Origin: Tubiluchus corallicola
Lineage: Eukaryota; Animalia; Priapulida
Length of the DNA: 64,000 nt
Reading direction: 5' to 3'
Assembly: GCA_030141605.1 (NCBI GenBank)
Contig: JAQGDQ010000163.1
Span: 372,001-436,000, forward strand
Shown here: positions 49,901 to 64,000 of the stretch, one piece after another
Layout: every line of letters starts with the position of its first letter
How positions within the stretch are numbered: the stretch's first letter is position 1
Made by a program: the position numbers and the translations under genes
The notes under the pieces: model-generated
The model's input: only the letters and a program-made list of their open reading frames with translations
Databases searched by the model: none
What the model was told of the DNA's origin: nothing

Positions 49901-52900
49901 GCATGAATGCGAAATTGCATTGGTATGCTAATAATTCTTTCATCGTAAGGCAGTCTTTAAAAATAGTATGTTTCTTTCCAATATTTTAGAAAATAGGTTG
50001 TTTTGACCTACAGTTTAACATTGACTTCTGCAGAAAGTGTTCTCCAGTGTAAAATATATGAAGTGCAAACATGATTTTGTATCAATCACTTGTTTGAGAA
50101 TAACTATCTCTAAATAGAATTCCATTAGTTGCACGTTTTCGCTGACACAGTCGCGCATATTAAGATAGGCAGCAACATCAGATTGTCACAAATTTACATT
50201 ATGCTATGGCTAACTTCACAAATAATCATGAAAACAGGTAGTACTGCTATATGGTAGTGCCTGTATGATTTGGAAATTTTGTTAGCATTTCATTTTACTT
50301 TCAGATTTGGTTCCTAAAGAGATTGTATCAAAATGGCTGACGTACTTGAGAAATGAGTTTCCAACTGTCGCATTCAAAGCTTCCACTCAGATGCAAAGAA
50401 TGCACCTGGTGTGTAAATGGGTAACTAACCCAACAAAGTATGCACTAATTCTAGTCAGATGCATGATTACATGTACCATTGTTATGCGTGAACATTTTAG
50501 AATCATATTGCTATACGGTTCTCGGTCCTTACATTTTTTGTTTGTTTTTGATGAGGTGTCATGGACCCAATCAAATTCAGTAAATAACTTCTTTTGGAAG
50601 CAAATGCTTTTGCAATCCTCAAATTTGGATTGAAGTACAAAATTTAAACTTTACTAAACATTGATTGTGGTAAGTTGCATTCTTGGTAGAAGAATGAGTC
50701 GAATTTTATTTCATAACTGATTTTTGTTTCCTTTCTTATTGCTGTACACAGATTAATATATATTTAATGCGCTGGCATAAAATTAAGATCAAATCTTATT
50801 ACTTCTTCAAATTCATATCACTTCCAGTATTTACTTTGAGATAAATAGTGAAAGTGTTTATGGTTTAGTGCCTGACTTGACGGTACATTATCTAGTTTGC
50901 TGTTAAATAATCTGACCGGATTTGAGGGTAGAGGAAAAGCTGTCGAAACCAGAATCCTGGTCTGGTTTCTCCTGGTGACTCCTAGTGGGGTTGTGCTATA
51001 TATGGTGTAAATACCTTGTATTGCCTTGACAAGTTTTTAGTTCTTTGAATCTGAAGCACCTACTTGAAATATAGTTATTGGTTAAATTAAACTTGCACGT
51101 TTTGTCTTAAAAAACGTAGGAAAGTAAACTCAATGTAAAAGTTAGTAGCCAATGAAAACTGAGGACATTCATAGACCTGTAACTGTAGATTGACGTTTTC
51201 ACATGTTTTTTAGTATATTTATTTTTTACTATATACACCATTGCTATGATTTTCAGGCACATGCTAAAGTAAAAATGAGTGCAGCTTCATCTGGACTGAT
51301 GCAGTCCAGTCGATGTCTCGGAGCTAACATGCTTATGAAACTGTTGGGAAATTACTGTACCAGTCACAACATACGTACAGCTATACGTGTTGGTGTGGTT
51401 GGACTGCCTAATGTAGGAAAAAGTAGCATTATTAACAGTCTGAAGCGTGGAAAAGCATGTACCGTAGGTGCTACACCAGGAGTGACAAGGTAGTGCATTG
51501 TAGTCTAATTTTTACAGTTTCCACATATATTGATATTAAGTTTAGGGTAAGCAGCCATAGGTGGCAGGAGGTGTGATAATGCTATTATAATGCAAGGTAG
51601 GTAGGTGTTTTAGTTGTGATATTATTACCAGAAGTAGCCAACGCTACAAGGGTGTTCCACAGACTTGTGGAACCATAACATAATTAGTTCATTAATTTAT
51701 CCATACTGAGATATTTATTGCAAAGTTGGATCTCACCATGAAGAATGCTGAACTGGTTCAGAAAGTTGAACCTTGAGTTTGTTTAGCCTATAAAGAACCA
51801 ATACTTTGTAATTATAGTAATACTGAGAATCAGTTGATCTAGTACTAATTTCAATGCTTTAGGTCTGTTCAGGAAGTTCAGTTGGATTCTCATGTGAAAT
51901 TGTTGGATAGCCCAGGAATTGTGATGCCCCAATCAGCTGACGACTCGGCACTGAGAAACTGTGTGAAACTAGAACATGTGAAAGATCTTATACCGCCAGT
52001 AGAACAGATATTGCGTCGCTGTAGCAAAGAAAATGTGTGTTCAATATTGTCACTGATTTTATAGCTGTTGTGTAGTATGATTCATCATTCTAGATTGTAG
52101 CTAATAATTTGTATGCCTGTTTTAGAAGTTTGTAAAACGTTATCGTTCTAGTTGGGTGTAATTGATTGTACTGTTTTATCTGTCTCATCAGTTACTCATT
52201 GCCTTAAAGGTACATGCCATGCTAGCATTATTTTGCATTGAAAACTGCATCATTTTGCTAGCCCTAGAGTAAAAGTTAAACCAAGTCACTGAGAATTGTA
52301 TGTTCTTTTTTAATAACAGTTACAAATCTTCCACAACTCTAAATTTTTTCTGTCTTCAAAAGTGAATGGTTTAAATGATTTGCCATTTATGAGAAACACA
52401 CGTTCTGCTTTTGCAAACACTGTTCTGTTTATCCTTTGCTTCCTTTTGCAGATGATGTTACACTATCGAGTGCCTGAATACACAGACGTCGACTCATTTC
52501 TTTCTTCGTTGGCAGTGAGGATGGGTCGGTTAAAGAAAGGAGGAATACCGGATGTAAATAGGGCCGCCAGAGTAGTGTTGCAGGATTGGAACAGGTTTAA
52601 TTTAAATGTTAAATTAGTAGAATGTGTTGCAGAGCATTTGAGACAAAAAGCCATTTGAGATTAAAGCAACACTAAAAACCTGAAAAAGTAAACCTGTAAT
52701 TGCATATACTATTGTTTGCAGAGAAACTTGAATCTACCTAATTGCTGTCTTGGTATTCTCGTTTGTCGTAGCAGTTTTACAAGTGTAAAATGCAATGTAG
52801 AAAACTGTAAAAACTGGAAAAAGAAAGATTGAATCGTGTGCTTTGTAAGTCTTGAAAGGATGGCATAAAAAGCAGACATTTAATTTGTGTTACTTTTTGA

Positions 52901-55900
52901 CTGTCATGTGACAGTTTTGTTATATATAATGCATATTGAATTGTAAAAGTTTTAAAACATTCTCAATCCATCAACTTTAGATAATAAAATGGGTGTTTGA
53001 TTCAGATTATATGTGTTTTTCAAAGTAGATGTGAAAGTGCCTTTAGTTTTATTTGCTATTAGGCGAGTACAGAATGGAATACAAAAAAAATCTTTATTAG
53101 CAGTTTACCGATTTTCAGTTTGTGCATTTTAGTGGGAAAATCACATACTATACACATCCTCCAGAAATTCACACACTTCCCACACACGTCTCAGCTAAAA
53201 TTGTTGAAGAAATGAGTGAAGCTTTTGATTTGGATGCTTTGAAATCAGATGAAGAAGCAGCACTAAAAGGTAACAGCGCACAAAATATGTAGTTACTAGC
53301 TACACAATGTGCACAATCTTTATTGCATATTGCATGGTGCATTGATTCCATTAACCCTTTTATACCCGTTGTATCCCGTGGGATACGAGAATATTCTCTG
53401 CCTTTAAAATTAATAAAATTTTAAAACTGAGAGTTATTTGATCTGTTAATAGTTATTTTGATTTAAGTCAATAACAATAGACTAAAAATAGTGATAAAAT
53501 GGCAAACTAAAAAATCTACATAGCACAAAAAACTGTGCAAGGTACAATACTTTAGAGATGACTTTGTACAGATCAGCATTACACACATACTAAATGTCTT
53601 AGATACTGTGCAAAGCTTATTTCTTAAATTAAACTACTCTGTTGCAGTATTAATTTAGCAACTAACAGAACTTTGTAGTTCACAGTACAGTCGAATCCCG
53701 GAAAACGATTTTCACTGGACCCAGATACTTTTTCGTATGAAGTATGTTTCGTACTGTCCGTTACATACATTTCTATTAATTCCTAATGTTATTTGTAACT
53801 CGTCTGTAGCCTCTACATCGGTCATCTTTAAATCACTTTAAATAATGTTTAACAATCATTTGCCATAGGCACATGTTACAAACAGTTTAGTACAGTAGAA
53901 GCAAGCTTGCAAGCAAGAGGCTTAGTTGTGCCAGATTCTGCATTATGCGACGTTTTGCTGCTTTAGTATTGGACCCTGTAAACGAAGGGCAGTAACACAC
54001 ATAAGGTGATTTAAACTATGTAATGGAAAATTGCTATCTGAGTGGGAAGCCGAAGTGTTTTCGGAAATTAATAATTTGACTGAAGACAATTAAATGTAAA
54101 CAGTTTGACTGATTAAATCAACAGTAGTATTAGCCATGGTACTATACATGCAGTACGTTTTATCAGATGTAATGATTGTAAAAAAAGTGACTAAGCTATG
54201 GGGCACCATTGGCAACAGTATAAGAGTGTCTAAATGGGGTGGGCCACAGCAGAAATCGCATTACAAGTGGTTTTTTATATTGAACCCATATTGGTGCGAC
54301 CTTGAGAAATCATCGTGTAAAATGGGGTTTTGTCTTAAGCAACTTTTGCAGGGACATAGCAAAATCATCGTACTACTGAGAATAGTTTCGTTATAAGCTG
54401 AATCGTATTACCAGGATTCAACTGTATCAGACTATTTTGACTTTAGCGTCAGGCAGGGGAATTTAAGTTTTCCTAACCAAAAGATTTAGCTCATTATGCA
54501 AAGTGGGTGCAATGGCAGTAGATCTAATCCACAGTCAAGATGGTTACCACACCTAAGCAGCAGTGTTAATGTTGTGTCTCATTTTTTTTAAAAGGCTTAA
54601 AGATGCAAGTTCATGCAACGGATAATGTCATAGAAACGACAGGACTGACTAGAGCTGCAGAAGCTGATGCAAAAATGCTGACTGAGGAAGAACATTGGGA
54701 GGAGGAAGAAAAAGAAGGAACCTCCGAGGAAGAAGAGGTAGTGTTTTAGTTATGAAGTTTTTCGTGTCAACACGCGATGCTTTTGTAAACTAAAATTATT
54801 CTATTTCTAATTGTGTCTTCGTTGTTATCAAGTGAACACTTTTTAAGGCAACACCAGTTTATATTAGTTTAATAATAAATTTTCTAGAAAGTTGCAACAC
54901 ATGTCGCCAATCTAGTTTAGTGCATCTTTATCATCATGAATGTTTTTGTACTTAGTTGCAGCGCAAGCAGTTTCTCTTTTTTGTCGAACAGTGGGTCATT
55001 TCCAGAACGAGCATGACAAGATTATCCAAAGTGTTGACCTTTGACCTTTTGTAATATGATTGCTTTTGGTCCGAAACCTAAGAATGATAAATGAGTTGAA
55101 AGTGCATTTTTATTTTGCAGGTGCGCGTTTCATACTTGGGCAATAATGTGCGCACAATGTCTTACAACAACAAAAACATTATTGGTTGAACAACCAACTT
55201 AAAATACAGTCAGTGGTAGCAGACTATCTGTTAAAATAATGCATAAATTGGCCAATAATACAATCAACAAGAACAACTATGCCTAAGTTTTTGTTACACC
55301 GAAGCATTGTAATTGTCGTTGTTATGAAATGAATTGTTTGTCATTTTTGGCTATTTTAACGATACTTTAACTTTCTGTAAATTTTTACTTTCTAAGGAAA
55401 TGGAGGAAGAAGATGCAGAAGAGAAAACAATCACAGTTTCGGTAAAACCAAAAACTAAAAAAGGAGGTTTGAAGGAATCTGGAAAAGGGGTGCTTTCTGA
55501 ACGTCAGCAGAAGCTCGCAGACAGGGAAGCGTTGTTGCCTGGCAACAAACAGTTAAATAAACTGTTGAAAAAGGCATATAAAAAGAAGCAGAAGTTGAAA
55601 AAGAAAAGCAGTAAGTAGTTTTCCATTGATGTTCTTATAAATATACTTATATCTTTATGGAAGTCTAGAATACCTGCTTGAATTGTTTACTTCAGGAACT
55701 AATAGATTCTTGTAGGTTTTTGTTGTTATCAGGTAACTTTCACAAACTGAAGGCTCCAACGTATCGCTGTTTGCCAGTTTTTGTTGTGGTAAACAAAAGA
55801 AAAGCCTCTCAAAAGTGCCTAGTTAATACTGGTGGAATCGATTACTTGCCTTGCTGCTTTCTGTTACCAAACATTTGGGCTGTGAAAAACAAAACATTTG

Positions 55901-56573
55901 AAAATGTAGTGTTATGCTCATCAAAGATAAAATAGCCATCAACGGGAATTTTGGTGGTAACAACATTGACCAAATACAATGGCTACGGCAAGTGGTACAG
56001 TAAGACTCAAACCCCTTGAATCCGAACAAATAATCAAACAATGACACCGGTTACTTTAATGAAAATATGCAAACCTGAAATTTCGAATTCTGAAATTAAA
56101 TTCTGAGCTTTTGAATTTCTTCAACAATGTTTTGCAGCGGTTTCACATTGCAGTCTCTGCTTTTTGATACGTGTGAGGCGCACAGTGAAGATTTCCGCTA
56201 TTGGAAGTCTATTATAAGTTAATATTTAAATAGGAGAAGCATTTTCGTATTTATTATATAAATGGAATGTAGTGCTATGGTCTATTATATACATTTTATT
56301 ACCTATAATTTAAAAGGTGGCAAGCCTTTAATCAAAAGGTTTTTCCATTAGTGCTGGTACATAACTTTGGAATTTGCCCATTCTTTTCTGTACTAGCATC
56401 AACAAAGTGAATTTTGATAATCTTTTTCTCTGTTAATTATGATGGCAGTAATAATATTTGTTTTTTTTTCAGTTAAAGTCACTAGTGCACTAGCTGATGA
56501 ATTGGCAGGTGCAATGTCACTGACATCTGGTGGCAGTGATGACAAGTATGATTTTGCAGTTGATTATCGATAA
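45828..56573 (+). CDS. GNL3: Nucleostemin / GNL3-family circularly permuted GTPase, ~601 aa; exons 45828-45846, 46719-46826, 47370-47452, 48056-48184, 49364-49583, 50305-50408, 51257-51489, 51863-52034, 52452-52594, 53133-53269, 54595-54737, 55397-55610, 56473-56573
   Basis: [55 protein letters not shown] (G4), GLPNVGKSS (G1), TPGVT (G2), DSPG (G3), [22 protein letters not shown]-terminal YDF. 13 GT-AG-bounded exons sum to 1806 nt in frame. Likely pro-orthologue of vertebrate GNL3/GNL3L. Confidence 0.93.
48732..49285. mobile_element. hAT-type MITE in GNL3 intron 4
   Basis: TIRs TAGGAATGTAACGAT / ATCGTTACAGCCCTA. 8-bp flanks TCATGCAC / TTATGCGC (6/8). Subterminal CGATA/TATCG repeats. Confidence 0.7.
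53688..54424. mobile_element. Tc1/mariner-type MITE in GNL3 intron 10
   Basis: TA|CAGTCGAATCCCGGAAAACGATT ... AATCGTATTACCAGGATTCAACTG|TA. Confidence 0.7.
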
Positions 56574-58168
56574 TAATTAATTTTCTGTAAATAATTTCCC
56601 AATTAAAATACTATATACTTTACATAAAATATCCTTTTGAATTTGTAAATGAAGATATGAAGGAAAGATGGTAATTCATTTTTTGTGATTTTAACAAAAC
56701 CATAAATGGAGGTCCATGATTGTTAATGAGATTTACAGCTTTTCGGCGATAAAATTATTGATTACAAAAAATGTTTACGTCATTGTTTTCATTCTTGTTT
56801 TTCTAAAAAAATCACTCTTGAAAGCACAACACAGTAAAGCACCATCTATCATGAGTCAAAATGAACAAAAATTCAAAGACATTTGTAAATTTCTTAAAAG
56901 TTTATTTTTTAGTAAGTAATGATGGCATTTCACAAAAGTTTCGTACAAATCATAAACAAATACAATTAATTCTATAATTTTTTGCTAAGTGCCACAATCA
57001 AATTAATTTTTGATTTGCCATAAGATGTTCGTAAGTACAAATACACCGAAACAATTTGTTAATGAAATCGTAAAACTTGACATGATTAATTACAAATGTA
57101 TATTGCACAAGTATTTTAAAAGACATGCTGAAATATTTGCTGCTTGTGTGTGGACTTCGGTTATCTAACATCTACCTGTCACCATAAACTACAAGAACGC
57201 ACTTGATTCTACTAGTTAAATAATATTTCTACAGATGGCGATATTGGCATTAAACACCTTCCTGTGACACAAGATAGAGGATTTCTAGCACCACCAGTTG
57301 TGCTAGTGCATATTTTAAATTTGCATTAAAAACTGACAGCCTAGATAATTAAAAGTTTTCTTGTGCCAATCGAAATAGTTTAATCTTAGCTCTAATTTTT
57401 CTTTAGTTGCATAGAAAACTGTAGTGTCAAGTTGAAGACTTGAAAGCAGCTAGACTAATGATTTTCTAGCCATTCATTTAGGACATAACGCAGTAGGCAA
57501 GACGAATTGTACAAATGTACAAAATTAGAAGCAAGTATGAGGCACTTTTTCATCCAATTTCATCTACTGCTGTTACTGAGTTCTTATTGAACTGGACTGA
57601 CTTGTTTATTTAGAGCTTAAAAATCAACATTCACTGCAGGTTATGTTTGCACAGTCGTAGGATTATGCAAGAATTTTACAAATTTAACAGTAGTAAAACA
57701 AATTTTACACTCTTCTTTATTTTGGCGGAAACCAAGTTCCAATCTGCGGCACATATCAAAGTCATATTAACATATAAAGTTATAAGCGTGAAAATAAACC
57801 TAAAAACAGCAATAAACATTTCGTAGCACAATTATTTAACAATGCATAAAATCTTGTAACAGTGAAAATCAGTCACTGTCACCCATTAACTATGTACATT
57901 TTTGCATACAAATGTTAAATTCAGACATATACACTTTTGGTAATACACCTATAATTATTAATTACATAATTTAGTGAAATAATTTAATAAACTTACTACC
58001 TTTGTAAAATTTCAAATAGATGCACAAAAGACGGCAACAGTTGCAAAATATTTTTAATCTAAAACAAGTTGATGTATGCCATAATTTCCTAATGGTACAG
58101 AACAATTCATTATCCTGTGATTTTTTTAGTGGTGACATGGTATATGACCTACTGCTACAAAGAGTGAG

Positions 58169-58242
58169 GCACTGCTATGACTTGGACAACAGGTAGCTTG
58201 CTACAGCACTGCTATGACTTAGACAACAGGTAGCTTGCTACA
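58169..58242. repeat. 37-bp tandem duplication
   Basis: GCACTGCTATGACTT(G/A)GACAACAGGTAGCTTGCTACA x2. Confidence 0.9.
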
Positions 58243-58244
58243 AC

Positions 58245-58730
58245 CAATGTATAAATGAACTTTCTTCATCAGGAACTTCCAATTGGAACTAGTTCATTAC
58301 AACAAAATGGAACTTGGAACTGGAACTAGTTCTTTTTGTCACACTGGAATTTGGAAGTGAAATGGGTTCCATCTAATTTTTGCCAGTTTTCACATTTCCG
58401 GCACGTTTGTGATTGCTTTCTTCGTTAAGCACCATTGATTATTTTTAGGAATATTTTAAAGGCGGCAGCTAATTTAAGTCGGTTGTCCTGTAGGTAATAG
58501 AGAGAAAATAATGCAAAGAAAGAACGTAAATTGAACCAAGTTCGTTGCGGCGAAAAGAAACTTGGAACTGGAGGTAATTCCATTTCTTAAAACTCAGCAG
58601 AACTCAGAACTTGGCTTAGTTCTTTTTGTCACAGAGAAGCCTGGAATACGAATTAGTTTTTTCCTTACCAAAGAACTAGCACCTGAAACTAGTTCCTAAA
58701 ACTGAGGAGTGATGAACTTTTACAATACTG
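58245..58730. mobile_element. hAT-type MITE
   Basis: 8-bp flanks GCTACAAC / GCTATAAC (7/8), degenerate ends CAATGT.. / ..ATACTG, many GAACT/AGTTC subterminal repeats. Confidence 0.6.
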
Positions 58731-60094
58731 GCTATAACACAATACCTTAGAACTCTGTCCAGCCAATTCACTGGTACAATTGTGGCTGACTGTCCGTTAA
58801 TCCACAATTACAAGTATCACTCATATGATGATAACCAGACCCTTGTGCTGCAAAACTTCTTTGTGCAGCTTTCAATACAAATTAAAACTATTTGCTGCAA
58901 AATGTGTTTTTGATTTTTGCAAAAGTAATAACAGTGCTTTTAATCTGACAAAGAACTCCTTAGAAAATAAAGTTAAGCGAATTCTTCTAATAGTAAATGT
59001 GCACATCAATGGCAATGATATATATTATATATACATAACATGGAGCAAACGCAGTGATAATAAAGTTGCACATAATACAATACAGCCTAAGTCAATACCA
59101 ACCTTACAAAATTTTCAGACATTTCCACCCTGTAATACTCAAGAGCCACCTGGAGGACAGTGTGGTAACTAGCGAAACTCTTAAAATATATATGCACACC
59201 TCTCAGTTGACCCTAGCTGATCTTGCAGATTAAAATATAATATAGTTGCCACGCCAAACCGTAATACTTTATTGCATTTAGGGCACTACAAGATTTCAAA
59301 AGTAGGGTCCGAAAAATTGGAGAATTTATTTTATTAAAAGAATCGTTAAATCAGCAAAAACTACTCATGTGTTATCACTAGTTGTACAAACTATTTTGAC
59401 CACGGCTGGTTAAGAGAGTTACCAGCTAAGTAGTTTGGTAAAAGAGTTCGATAATATCTTAGGTAACTGTTATGGCAAGGTCAGGTTTTCTCGTTTGTCT
59501 ATTTAGCCTCTAGTAGCATACGTGATTATGTACAACAGCATGTACAGAATGTTAAATTGAAAAGGTAAATAATTTGCAGTTAAAAACAACAATTTTTAAA
59601 TTTTCACAATCAAACTTAACCAAAGGGAAGAAAATTTGAATTTTTAAGTTGATAGTGCGGATTTGAACTTTAAATATTGAAAATACAACGCCATAAACTC
59701 TAGATGACTCTGGCTCTTGTGACCACTGCAGGTCTTAGCTCTATCCTAATTGCTCACACTAACGTAATTATTATTTATTAGCTAATTTGATTTTTAAGCT
59801 AAAATTTACAATTACCCACACACAGGAAATTAGTTCATGAAGCAGATTACAATTTGGGCTAGGGTATTTAAATTGTGGGAAGAATTGTAAATGCCTTCCG
59901 ATTTTTGTAATTAGATTAATGTTCTGAAATTCCACAATTCCTTTTGTTTAGTCCAGTCTTACTTTCAATTCAATTAAAATTGTCATAAAAGAACTTGCAG
60001 TACGTGATATCACTCTATTTAATGCTGTAATGCCCAGACTCTCTACTCTCTAGAGTGTGCAATAGTAAATACTGGTAGTAACTGCGAACATCAA

Positions 60095-63719
<3,625 letters not shown>

Positions 63720-64000
63720 CTAACATACACTGAAACACTACAAGTCCCGTAACTTCACAGTAGTTCTTTTAAAATTCATTATCAGATTATCCAGAATAAG
63801 TTCCAGTGTCATCCGGTAAAATTTTTGTAACGATCCATTCTGCGTTCGGTATGACTGATAATTCATGCAATACTGAAGGAAAGGAGCACGTAATTAGTTA
63901 ACGAAGTAGTGAAACAACACAAATGAATTTATAGCATCTCAGAATGCAACATCTAATACATGCATGCCATCAAGGTTAAGTGTTGAATTGGAAAACAAAC

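Noticed and set aside
53351-53400. piggyBac-like end TTAA-CCCTTT
   Set aside because: No matching right end found.
45847-56472. Intronic C/D snoRNAs in GNL3 (vertebrate GNL3 is a snoRNA host)
   Set aside because: No properly spaced RTGATGA/CTGA pair with terminal stem and rRNA-antisense element was found by eye. Candidates near 47272 and 51738 are too short or lack a D box.
63758-63872. Duplicated p38 activation-loop exon (same 115-nt span, FYR..LELIL resembles WYRAPEIML)
   Set aside because: No DFG or TGY, negligible ungapped identity and no GT at the required end.

Overview
AT-rich, intron-containing genomic DNA from an invertebrate animal; the taxon cannot be fixed from sequence alone. 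No prokaryotic systems, rRNA, tRNA or CRISPR were found. Positions 1-23 kb hold a + strand tandem cluster of five 3-exon C-type lectin (CTL) genes or remnants. The cluster appears to lie antisense inside one giant intron of DCAF1/VprBP: six 5' coding exons are at 24.3-30.4 kb on the - strand and the rest of the gene is not visible. The cluster shows a recent ~5 kb duplication that probably made a chimeric gene, strongly non-synonymous divergence in the ligand-binding exon, GC-AG introns, a MITE-disrupted pseudogene and a composite Helitron. The rest of the window contains TMA7 (+, complete, 64 aa), NUDT5 (-, intronless CDS), a nest of two RTE-group LINE fragments each carrying a TGT..ACA/4-bp-TSD (Ginger-like) element, GNL3/nucleostemin (+, 13 exons, ~601 aa) and the 3' exons of a p38 MAPK (-). 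The p38 gene has a U12-type intron and a minisatellite built from its own splice donor. Exon coordinates were worked out by hand from splice sites and frame continuity. Family names come from recalled motifs, not database searches.
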